Shown piece after piece: positions 52,901 to 64,000 of a stretch of 64,000 nt of DNA. Position 1 is the first letter of the stretch. Each line of letters opens with the position of its first letter. This DNA is from Ruditapes philippinarum. Taxonomy: Eukaryota. A program made the position numbers and the translations under genes. Below the pieces are notes generated by a model. The model was not told where the DNA came from. It made no database searches and saw only the letters and a program-made list of their open reading frames with translations. The DNA lies in NCBI RefSeq assembly GCF_026571515.1, contig NW_026861275.1, positions 1 through 64,000 of the forward strand, in the 5' to 3' direction.

Positions 52901-55900
52901 TTTTTTTAACCCCAGAAAATTCACTTCCCGTTTTTTTCCTGAATCCGGATAAATTTCCTCCCGTTACTAAATGAAACCGGACAATCTCCCATCCGTATTT
53001 TCTGAACCCGGACATCTCCCTTCAAGTTACTTTCGGAACCAGGATAATTTTCTTCCTAATATTTTCTTTTACTGTTCCTAAACCACAAAAAATCCCTCCC
53101 CCGTTGTACTGAATCCGGACAACGATTTTACTGTCATTTTTGTAACTTTATATCCTTCTTCTTACTTATAACACTAGACAAGTATATATTATTGACTTAA
53201 GTATATTTGTATTGAAAGAAGAATTCGTTAAGGGGTATCCAAGTGCTAATCTTTTAACGACCCACTCTACACTCAACCCCCACCCCCTAATTAATATCGT
53301 TGCATAAAAAAGGAACTTTAAGTGGTTCAACTTAATTCTTTTTTTAAAAAGTTGAGTGCACATACTTGACAAGAGCTTTTAGCCATTCTATAGTTCAAGT
53401 ATTTTAATGAACATAACATTTCATGGATATGTCATAAATATATATTTTGTTAATTGCTTTATTTGATATAAATCTCTAATGACTTTACTCATTTAGGCAT
53501 TTACTTGTATTTACACTCGTCACTTAATATAACAAAAGAGAAGTCATAAATTATCGTAAATGTGGATACGATTAAAGTGAATGTTGAAAGAAAAAAATGA
53601 CTATAGACCAATTTTTGTATTGAATGATTCCCATTTATCATGTTGAACCATTCACATGTATTGGGCAGTCATCGCAATATAAAATATATTTTATATGACC
53701 ATACTGTGAATATCCATTTATCTGAACATTGTTGAACATAGGATGTTTATCCCGTACTAGAATTTTGGCTTATTTTTTTCTGATTACAGATGGTCAAGGT
53801 CACCACCTTTAAACTCTCCGTTGATCATTTCATTTTCTAATTGATCTTATTTATTATATACTTATCAATGAAATATTGAGAAATATGTATTAATGAAATA
53901 AAATGAGTATTTTGATTTTCTATATTTTCACTGTAAAAATTATTGCAAATAAGTTGTATGTTTATTATGTACTCTTAATATGTTATCTTCTCAAAATAAA
54001 GTTATTATATGTATTATCATTATATTTTTCTGTATTTTCACTGTAAAAATTTAGTTTTCACTGCAGTGAAACATATTTTCCGTATTTTCATAGGTGTCTT
54101 GCCCGACTACTTTCTTCTAAATTCTGCCAATACACATAATTTAACAGAAATTCATCCAAATTGTAATGCCAAAATAAAAATGTATATAATTAACGGAAAA
54201 TTCAAGTTTTTTTTCTCTAAATACAAGATTATATATTCATTTTGTGGTATGGAAATAATCATATTTCACTCGTGGCTACCGTCACTCTTGAAATATTTAT
54301 TTTTTATATACCACTCGATGGAAATTAATACTGTATTTAGAAAAGAAACCTTAAATATTCTCTATTTAACTTTGTTATTATTTTTTTATTTTTATAGTTT
54401 TCATAATTGAACAAATTATCTTTATTATACATGTATTAACGTTCAAGTGTTACCGGGGTATTATAAACAAGCGTTTTTTCATGTAAATGTACAATACTGT
54501 TGGTGATGTTTAAATTCATTTATAGCATATAAATTCCTGGGCTTCCAAACATATAATTAATGATAACTTTGTTACATACATAATAAATGCATATTAAAGC
54601 AGCACGTCTCCAGATTCATGCTAATTTTCATGAAAATTTTGAAACTGTAATAAAACATTGAATATTGTGAATTAAACAAAGTCATATTTTTTTATATTGC
54701 AAGCAGCATTGACAAACCGTGTAAATTACCAAAAAAGAGGCAAAAAACATGCAAAAATATTCCTTACTTCGTTAGTCACGCAGTAAAAATATGGTGAAAA
54801 ATACTGCAAAATCATTGATAATCGTTCATAAAGTGGAAATTATTATTTATATCTTGAATCTTTTTACTTTTGTTAAATTATCTGCACTTTTTTCTCAAGT
54901 TTTTTGTCTTGAAATATTCTTGTTCATCCGGCGGCATGCAGCTTTAAAAGTGTAGTAAGATTTGATTAAAAAAGACTTTACTAGTAAATTATATTGAAAG
55001 AACTATAGGGATCGACTACAAGCATACAATAACATGGCTGTGCAAGGGCATGTTTTTAAAAGTTATCTAATTGCTCATAAGTTTTGTACATCTTCTATAT
55101 GTACGTAAATGTATTTTCCGCATACGATAAAACAGTTTTGCTTAACACAATTGTTCTTTTTACTTCAAATCAATTAGAATTAAAGATAGGTTAAAAGAAG
55201 TCATGTGATAGGAACAATATCCAATATTTAAATAATTTTAGTCGCATCATGACAAAACCAACATAATGGGTTTGCGACCAGCATGGATCCAGACCAGCCT
55301 GCGCATCCGCGCAGTCTGATCAGGATCCATGCTGTTCGCTTACAAACGCTATAACACGTAGAGAAACTGATAGCGAACAGCATGGATCCTGATCAGACTA
55401 CGCGGATGCGCAGGTTGGTCTGAATCCATAATGGTCGCAAACCCATTATGTTGGTTTTGTAATGAAGCGGCTCATTTATTATTTCAATTTACTTATTCTT
55501 CACCTATAAAACAGGAGCTAATATTAACGTAATTCAATAGCAATAAGTACATGTAATTCATGTTTAATTATTTATCCTAAGTATATACATTTCAATTTAT
55601 GTAGACAGTGACTTCTTTTGATTATACTGCATGGTCACACACAGGACCAATTTATCTTGTCTTATTTCATATCCAAGATGACATAAAAAATAATGTAAAT
55701 TCACCTTTTTTTCCATCGCGGGTGTATGCTAAATGTCCTAGAAAGACAGTTTTATAGTACGTTTTGTATTTGTAACTTAAGCAAATTTGAAAAAAAAAGT
55801 TTAGAATAAATATTACAAAAGCGGTAACTAATGAAAATACAAAATTATGTATAAGCTAAATAAACAATATCAAAACATTGTGAAAACTTCAGCGACACCT

Positions 55901-58900
55901 TATTGTAACTTTGACCTTTTGCAAGTTTGGCTGAATCCTTATTTTTAAATATACCGTGGTACTTTATTCTGCAAACACCAGTCATTGTTGAAGGACAACT
56001 TGCTGTATTTTGTACAAATATAATTAAAGTAGGTGGTAGCTTCTGTGTCTATCACGAATACCCCTACTCATCGATTTGAATAAAAAGGTTTACGTTTTTG
56101 GTTTTGTTTTCTTTTTATATTTTTATGTGATTTTTAATAACATGTTTTATTATATACTAATAATGAAAGATTGAGAAATATTGATGAAATAAAATTCGTA
56201 TTTTCATTTTCCATATTTTCACTGTAAAAATTTATTTTTCGCAGCAGACAGGTACGTATATTAACATATATATACCTGCTGCAGAGAAAAAACATTTTCC
56301 GTATTTTTACTGGTGTCTTACCGGACTACTTTCTTTTAAATTCAGGCAATTAAGATACGCAAAATTAAAAAATAGAGAAAAATGTATAAAACAAAAAGAA
56401 AAAACAAGTTTTTTCCCCTATAAAAACAAGATTGATATTCATCTTCTGATATGAAAATTATCATATTTCATACCACTCGATGAAAGTAAATCCTGTATTT
56501 ATTGAAAATCTTGAATATTCTCTATATATTCAAGATTTATTCCTCTATTTATGTTTTGTTACATTATGTTATTTATATAAAGTTTTAGACTACTCGTTGC
56601 CTTGTGTGAAAAGTGTTTAACCTATTCACAATAAAACATGCGCGGTAATAAATTCTATGGAACGCCGTGACTGTCTTATGCTATAAATATTTTTGCTATC
56701 TTCTGAAATGATGGTATTATTTTGTCATTTAAGCATATTAACATGTGCAATTTACATCAAAACTTGTCTAAAGACAATGCTGACTTGTCCAAACAGCATG
56801 TTAACTTGTCAAATAATCATTATGACATGTGCAGGCAACATGGTAACTTGTCAAAGTATCATGATGACTTGTGCAAACGACATGTTAACTTGTCAAAATA
56901 ACATGATGACTTGTGCAAACGACATGTTAACTTGTCAAAATGTCATGATGACATGTGCAAACAGCATGTTAAATTGTCGAATTATCGTGATGACATGCTC
57001 AAAATACCTTAACAAGTTAACATATGTTTTGCACAAGACATCACGATTCTTTGACAAGTTCACATGTTGTTTGTACAAATCATCATGATAATTTGACAAG
57101 ATAACATGGCATTTGCACAAGTCATCACGATACCTTGACAAGTTAACATGCTGTTTGCACTTGTCATCATGAAATTTTGACAAGTTAACATGTCGCTTTC
57201 ACAAGTCACCATGATACTTGGACAAAATAGCATGTTGTTTGCACATGTTATCACGATGGTTTGACAAGTTAACATACTGTTTGCACATGTCATCATGAAA
57301 TTTTGACAAGTTAACATGGCATTTGCACAAAATATGATAAACAAGATCGACAAGGAAAGGCGGCATTCAATGAACGCAGCCCCCATCCGACACAGCAACA
57401 AGCGTCAGCGGCAAGGAGCCCAGGAGGACTCCAAAGTAAAAACAGGACAGGGCACAAGGCAGAGTACGGGCAGGCAAACCACTACATCAGAATACATAAT
57501 TAGTAACTTATAAGGAACTAAAACAAAACAAATAAATGATTTAATATAAGGCCCATTATGTCAAAAGGCACAGGGGAAGGGGACATGAGACACGGGGAAG
57601 GGGGGGGGGGATAAAATAAATAAAAACTAGGGACAAGGGAAGATACTTACCGTAGACGAGAAACAACAAGAGACACGAGCAAAAGTGTCACCAAATCAGT
57701 ATAAAACAACATAGACATACATCTGAGGAACACAGAGGGGCGCCGCCTTGGAACGGTCAGCAGCATAATAATGACTACTGGGGAGTTTAAACCGGTTAAT
57801 GGTGCACCAAACCTCGCTCTTAGCCCCACCATGTTCCTATAAACGAGACAGTGTAAATAAAATGAATCCCCGCCAAGTGAAATTCTAACAGTTGTTATGG
57901 TTACAAAAGGTTAAATAAGTAAAACACCAAAATGATCATGTAGAAACATATAAAAGTAAAACCCCAATGACCATAACAAAAGTACTCGATGTCTTAAAGG
58001 AAGACAGAGCAACAAGAAAATCACCCACAAGGGCCCGACGAAGCAAGACAGAAGACAAACATTAAGGCAATTCAGTCCCAAAGGGCTTTAAGAACTGTCC
58101 ATCATATAGTCTCCCACTTGGCCCGTCAGATGTAATCAAAAGAGGAAAGCGTAGTGTCCAACTGTAAATGGGTTGAACACTAAGCATGCGGTATGTCTTA
58201 AGATAGTAGGGTCATAACCCCTTTTAATAAAACGTTTTATAATTTTAGTAAACACAACAGAAAAATTACAATGACCCAAGATCTTACGAAGTTTGTAAAC
58301 AACATCACCGTAAAAATCAGGCTGGCTAATCCCTTGTCGCAGAAGTGTTTTTAGATCACTATTGAATTTTGAAATTAAATCAAAGTTACGATTGTAAAAT
58401 TTTGTAAAATATTTACGTAATTTATAATAGCGGTAGCCCTGTTTTAATAGCTTACCGGTAATGAAAATATTTCGCTCGTTAAAATCCTTTACGTCGCTAC
58501 AAGCTCTAGCAAATCTAATTAACTGAGATATATAAACTCCGTAAGATGTTGCGTGCGGTACGTCTCCATCCAAATGAGGATAATTTACTATACTAAAATC
58601 AAAGTCATCTCTTTTATCATAAATTTTCGTGTGAATCGAATTGTTTTTGATAGTGATATGAAGATCCAAAAATGATGTAGTTAAATTTCAAGAATTCGTT
58701 TTATTAAGTTGTAGCTCCGTAGGATAAATATTAGACACCATTTGATCAAAAAACGAATTATCTAAATTAAAAATGTCATCATTACACTTGGACAAGTTAA
58801 CATGTCGTTTGCACAAGTCATCATGATACTTGGACAAGTTAACATGCTGTATGCACATGTCATAACGATAATTTGACAAGTTAACATGCTGTTTACACAT

Positions 58901-60715
58901 GTCATCATGGAATTTTGACATGTTAGCATGGTATTTGCACAAGTTATCATAATACTTTGACAAGTTAACAGTACGTTTTGACATGTCAGCATGATACAAG
59001 ATAACATGTCATTTGCACAAGTCATCACGATTCTTTGACAAGTTCACATGTTGTCTTCACAAGTCATCATGGTAATTTGACATGTTAACATACTGTTTGC
59101 ACAAGTCACCATGATACTTTGACAAGTTAACATGCTGTTTGCACATGTCATCACGATAATTCGACAAGTTAACATGTCGTTTGCACAAGTCATCATTATA
59201 CTTTGACAAGTTAACATGGCGTTTGCACAAGTCATCACGATAATTCGACAAGTTAACATGTCGTTTGCACAAGTCATCATTATACTTTGACAAGTTAACA
59301 TGCTGTTTGCACATGTCATCACGATAATTCGACAAGTTAACATGTCGTTTGCACAAGTCATCATTATACTTTGACAAGTTAACATGGCGTTTGCACAAGT
59401 CATCACGATTCTTTGACAAGTTAACATGCTGTTTGCACATGTCATCACAATAATTCGACATGTTAACATGTCGTTTGCACAAGTCATCATTACATTTTGA
59501 CAAGTTACCATGTCATTTGCACAAGTCATCATTACCCTTTGACAAGTTAACATGTTGTTTGCACAAGTCATCACGATACTTTGACAAGTTAGGATGTTGT
59601 CTGCACATGTCATCATAATCATTTGACAAGTTAAAATGTTGTTTGTACAAGTCAGCATGTTCCTTTGACAAGACATGATGTAAATTGCACATGTTAACAA
59701 GCTCAAAAGACAAAATAATATCATAGTTTCACAAAATAACAAAAACTTTGATAACATAAGACAGTCACGGCGTTCCATAAAATTCAGTGTAAAACAAGTT
59801 GAAATTGACTTTACCACGCTATTTTGTTGTCCGAAATCTTGCCCAAAATGTTCGTTTATTTACGGGAATCACGCTCATAGTTCAAGTATTTTCGTACAGT
59901 GTGCATGCAAAAAACGCTATGTCAAGGCATTACAGCCATGCTCAATATTACTTCATCATATCAGAAAATGAGTGTAAAATGTCTTTTGCAGCACCCAATA
60001 TGAGAAACCATTTATATAATGCTGATAAATGTCTTGAATGTTAAAAATTCGAATATCACAAAAAAAAAATAACGTGTTTTTCCCCGAATGATTGAGTTTT
60101 CTTTGCAATGAAGTAATAGACAGAAAAACGAAATAACTGTGTACAGTAACAGTTTATACCATATTTATGTATTTTAAAACTTTGAATACTTACTGTCATT
60201 AGAACTATCAATTTCAAAGAAGCCGGAGCCCGTTGTCATGGAAACAATATTATTTACGTCGTCATTAGTTTTGAATGAGAAGGCGACGTCCCCCACACCA
60301 AGGCTGCTGCTGATTTGAGCGCTTGCATCAAGATTCGAAAACGACGGAACTGATATAACTAAATAAATAATAAATAGAAACGTACGATGACGATAATAAT
60401 AATAATAATCACATTAACAACAATAACAATGTAAATAATTAAACAACATAGAATCAATTACAATAACAAATTTAAAGGCAATAATTGTGAAATGTATTAA
60501 ACTACAAAATATGTCTTCTTCCTAATTTAAAACATTGAAAATTTTACTTGAAAACAAAACTGTACATAATAAGAATAACTACAAGAGTTAACCTAACAAA
60601 TGTAAAAAAGCTATATAAAAGTAATAAAAATAAAAATAATAAAAGGATGATACTTGTTCTTACCATAAGAAAATGTCAAAATTGTCAAAACAATAACATG
60701 TGCAAATATATGCAT
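43950..60715 (-). CDS. Cadherin-like/mucin single-pass membrane protein with a C-terminal PDZ-binding motif (8 exons; one in-frame TAA in exon 3)
   Basis: Exons, all GT-AG with matching phases: 60715-60664 (signal MHIFAHVIVLTILTFSY); 60358(or 60349)-60194 (PSFSNL…FFEIDSS); 51075-50957 (QLLVTTCLTPGE*HILNFIATDQD…TLTLNIIET); 50129-49970 (APIFNNLP…); 49336-46864 (…FTITVTC…TLTLYVG + ~720 aa T/P/S + TM AGLSAIPFVFAAVGSLIFFL + RK); 46539-46424; 45904-45881; 43978-43950 (ERRNSLYFV*). Confidence 0.8.
43990..45335. repeat. 25-bp satellite (~53 units) in the last intron of the cadherin-mucin gene
   Basis: Unit TTTAAATATGTGGTAAAGTTGGTAG; a degenerate continuation runs to ~45750. Confidence 0.95.
47055..49215 (-). 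repeat. Coding low-complexity mucin repeat (PPTTTSTTTT)n
   Basis: Plus-strand GGCGGAGTTGTTGTTGTTGAAGTAGTAGTA units; open minus-strand frame. Confidence 0.95.
50289..50599. mobile_element. Kolobok-like non-autonomous element (opposite orientation)
   Basis: TTAA|AGGGT…TTTGGACCTCTGTGGAGTTCCT|TTAA. Confidence 0.7.
52130..53125. repeat. Diverged ~32-bp satellite
   Basis: Unit approximately CCCGGACAATTCCCTTCCCGTTATTTCCTGAA, ~30 copies. Confidence 0.9.
54598..54943. mobile_element. Kolobok-like non-autonomous element (AGC..GCT)
   Basis: TTAA|AGCAGCACG…GCATGCAGCT|TTAA. Confidence 0.7.
55239..55473. mobile_element. Sola-like palindromic MITE
   Basis: ATTT TSD on both sides; same family as 22718-22952. 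Confidence 0.8.
57331..58780 (-). mobile_element. 5'-truncated Penelope-like retroelement (Naiad-type RT C-terminus) inserted in the foldback arm
   Basis: DDIFNLDN…IYPTELQLNKTNS*…FLDL…KIYDKRDDFDFSIVNYPHL…SYGVYISQLIRFARAC; no C-terminal GIY-YIG; interrupts the 42-bp array between GCACAA (57330) and GTCATC (58775). Confidence 0.85.
58051..58114 (-). promoter_or_regulatory. SECIS-like hairpin (type II), with the 3' quartet GA changed to AA
   Basis: GGAGAC-UAU-AUGA-UGGACAGUUC-UUAAA-G-CCC-UUU-GGG-ACU-GAAUUGCCUU-AA-UGUUU-GUCUUC: helix I, AUGA, helix II, AAA and apical mini-helix, folded by eye. Confidence 0.5.
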
Positions 60716-63700
60716 ATTTTAAAATACTTCCCAAGATTAACATTATCACTTCTACATTTTATTTCTTTTTTCTACTATTACGAATGTTTACGGTTTTTTC
60801 GTATTTGTTTTTTAAATGCGAGGCCCTGACGTCAGATAAAAAAATTGAAGCGGAACAAGACATAAAACGAATGTTATCTACCCATGCGCCAAAAACAGTT
60901 AATACATTTTTAATTTTCAATGGATTTGCCCTAAATGAAAAGATGAACAAGTGCGTATTTAGCGTGGTAATTATGTGTTAATTAATGCGTGTTTCACAAA
61001 CGAGTATGTAAGGATGTTTAACTTTGCAGGGGGTCTGAATTCTGCACGTAAAAGAGAAAAAGTCTGCACGGCTTATTCTGTTATAAAAAATATCTGTTTT
61101 TCTCATAGTTTTGGACGGATCTTGTAAAACAATTTTTTTCCCGTTTATAGCAAGTTAAAATTGCCATGCGTTTTATCAACTTTGCATTATATATTTTTTG
61201 CACAAATCTTACAATTTTAGTTTGGTTTTATGAAAAGAATCAGAGGAGCCATTGATCTGTTTACATTAAAACTCCGCCTGTTAACCTATATAAAGAACAG
61301 AATGTTTCTCATTTGTCTGTTTTTGGTTTTGAAAGGGGCACCATACTATGGCCCAAAAGCATAAAAAATATAAAAATCAACATTTTTACATAGTTAAACA
61401 GGATAAAATATGCGGAAATAATTAAAAAATATATATACTCTTTACTGCATCGATTTCTCTCTCTCTCTTTTGGGGGGGGGGGGAAGGGAAGGGTGTGCAA
61501 TCTTAGCCAGTTTTTAGTAACGCTTAATTTTGCACAGTTGGAATAGTTTTTCTACAGAATCAAATTAAGCGAATGTTCTTAAATTTTGTACGCAAGTTTT
61601 TGGTCTAGACCTTCATCAAATATGTATAGGTATAATAATCTAGGAAAAATAGTTTAAATCCCGTCATGTCAAAAAACACAAGGTAGCCTCTTTTTTAATA
61701 CCACTTTATTTCTATTGTCCTTGATTAAATTAAAAGTAATATGAAACATAACAGCATAACCTCTCCTCGTCCACATATTTCTATAAGTCGTACACTTTAT
61801 TTCATCAAAATTCTGATTAAAATGCTATAATTATAAGTCAAGACCCATAATACAGTACGGTCTCCCGCTACATAATTTGTTTTGATTTTTTCTAAAGTTT
61901 ATTCAACGTACACACTTCTTATGTTTACATAGGTAGAAATTATTCATACTATGGCCAGATAATGCGTCGATTTATCATGAAAAGAAATAAACTCCATCTT
62001 TTATCCGCTTCAACCATTCAAATATATTATATATATACAGTAAATTAATAAAGTTAAAACTTAGAAAATACGGCCATAGTTTGAAACATGAATGCACGAT
62101 ACACGTGTATATAATTTAGTCTTCATACCTGAATAAAGTCTGAATTGGAACAATTACAATGGAAATGTTGTGACAGCTCATTTGGATTATAAAACATTTA
62201 AAACCGATTGATAAAAACATTTTTCACAACTTTTTGTGCACTCTAAAACGGACACTTATCATCAATAAGAAGTCGGCCAAATCTGGGAAGACGTACTGGT
62301 ATCTCGGGTCAAATATAATAAAAAGTTTCATTTGATTCAATTCATAGTAAATCATAGTACAAATTGTGGTAACTTCAATTGAGTATTTATGTACATTTTT
62401 ATTCATCGCAATGTGATTAATAAAATGATAAAAAACTAATTTCATACAATTTATTAGAAATAAACTCATATTAAGCAAATGTCTAAAATGTTTAATTAGA
62501 CCGGGACAGGCATCTAAGTACATGTACACGACACCACGTCTCAGAATGATGAACATTTGTTTCAAGTTATACTAAAACCCACCATAAATGTAAGACAAAA
62601 TTTGAACATTTTCGGTCGAAGACTGTCTTGCATAATCATTCACTTCCGGTCGATGATTACCTTTGTACGCTAACACGGTTTTTGTATATTTATTGTTCAA
62701 TAAATCTAAATCTTAAATCATTCGAGCTGTAAATAATTGGGGTTTTCACTCTTCGGGACAAACACTTTTGAATTTGCGGGGAGGAGGTTTTCAGTTTACT
62801 CTAACTTGCTCAAAATATTGCTAATGGACGTAATTCTTCTCGCTGTCGGATTGAAACTTGAGTTCATATCATAAGGTTATGTGTTTATCAAAAAAAGGTC
62901 ACACGTTATAATAATATTGTTTTAATTTTGGCTATATACTCGTCTCTTGATGGACAATTAGGACAAGGAACAAAAATATTTGAACAATTACAGGGAAGTA
63001 ACTCTTATAAGTGACTGGCTATTATACCCAGCGTACATAAACATAAATTATCTTGGTCTTGCTGGAATCGTCAGATTCGTCTCTTAAGTTTAACACTTTA
63101 ATTTGCGATAAAATATAATAACATGTGTATAAAGCTGCTATGAATGTCACCCCAGTGTTGTATTTTTAGTTCTTCGAAATCATTGAATTCTAATTATTTC
63201 AACCTTGACGATTGAATCCTGCATAAGGCGGTGTCATGGAGCGTGACATATGTTGCACGTTTTATAATCACTCATAATCAGGCTTAATTCATCCCAGTTT
63301 GCCATTTTCATCTTTTTTCCTCGGTGGGCCCACCTTTTCCAGAATTGTTATACTATGTAATTTCCAATGACACGTGATCTATATCTTCGTTCCGACAAAT
63401 ATGATATACTTTATATAAAAATTCTTGTTTAAGTACTACTGTCTTTACTATGATAACTATAAATAATTGTATGTAACGCTCAAGCCGGTGCTAGTGGGCG
63501 TGACGGATGTTGCACGTTTTGCATTATCCCTCATTTACAAACGCAATCAAACCGAATTTGAAATTTACATGTAATTTGGATTTGATCAATACTTCCGTGG
63601 GTCGCTCTTTCTCCAGATTTCCATATAAGAAGGTAATGAACATTAACACTGATTTAGTATTAATTTGATGCTATACAGTCAAATTATAGATTGGCATAGT

Positions 63701-64000
63701 GTCGTTGAAAAGCGTTGTTTTAATTTGTGTGTAAATCTTTGTACGAGACCACTATGAGAAATTAGTAAAAGAATCGTATAAAATATATATAATCTTTATT
63801 TGATTCTCATCCATACATATAACATAATAAAACATTCTATTCAAAATTATAATCGTATAAAATATAACACCTGTGTTAACACAGTACTCGTAAATGTTGA
63901 AGAACATATTTACAAAATAGTTAAAAAACGTTGTACTGAATCATCTGCTATATACTACAATAAAACACTGGAAAGCATGAAATAAAATCGTATTAAATAT

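Larger units (their letters stand above)
53870..56530. repeat. Dispersed ~400-bp repeat present twice (~53870-54365 and ~56165-56528)
   Basis: Shared TTGAGAAATA…TATTTTCACTGTAAAAATTTA…TTTTCCGTATTTT…GACTACTTT.CTT…TACCACTCGATG.AA…ATATTCTCTAT. Confidence 0.65.
56656..59779. mobile_element. Foldback DNA element with TATGG..CCATA termini, 6-bp TSD and 42-bp internal arrays (IS3EU-like)
   Basis: TIR TATGGAACGCCGTGACTGTCTTATG / CATAAGACAGTCACGGCGTTCCATA; TSD AAATTC at 56650-56655 and 59780-59785. The arms are built of a 42-bp unit (ATGATGACTTGTGCAAACGACATGTTAACTTGTCAAAGTATC) that flips orientation near 57000. Confidence 0.8.

Noticed and set aside
55890-56050. Possible extra minus-strand exon in the cadherin-mucin intron
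   Set aside because: Exons 2 and 3 already join in phase into a complete domain; no cadherin motifs or good splice sites.
56693-59817. Cys/Met-rich repeat ORFs resembling metallothionein or keratin-associated proteins
   Set aside because: They arise from the 42-bp unit inside a TIR/TSD-bounded element; no independent gene structure.

Overview
AT-rich, intron-containing animal DNA. The repeat families and protein motifs point to a bivalve mollusc (inference). Three multi-exon genes were reconstructed by hand from GT-AG sites and codon phase. (1) LEO1 (PAF1 complex; + strand, 13 exons, 14029-26610) is intact, and two of its splice sites have been amplified into tandem arrays. (2) A minus-strand F-type-lectin/Ser-Thr mucin/TM gene (38681-30682) carries a stop and frameshifts. 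(3) A minus-strand cadherin-like x2/Thr-Pro mucin/TM/PDZ-motif receptor (60715-43950) has one in-frame TAA. The rest is largely mobile DNA: a near full-length L2-type LINE (2A-like motif, PHD, APE, RT) nested in a CR1-type LINE; an RTE fragment with an inverted tail; a 2.6 kb CACAG-terminated element with a 5-bp TSD (Transib/RAG-like); an IS3EU-like foldback element containing a Penelope-like (Naiad-type) RT fragment with two in-frame UGAs and a SECIS-like hairpin; a Helentron-like element with a 145-bp AGGTCA-rich array; and several MITEs, SINE remnants and satellites. About 33.9-35.1 kb and 38.15-39.1 kb look like low-accuracy sequence. No database searches were run; family assignments rest on motif recognition.
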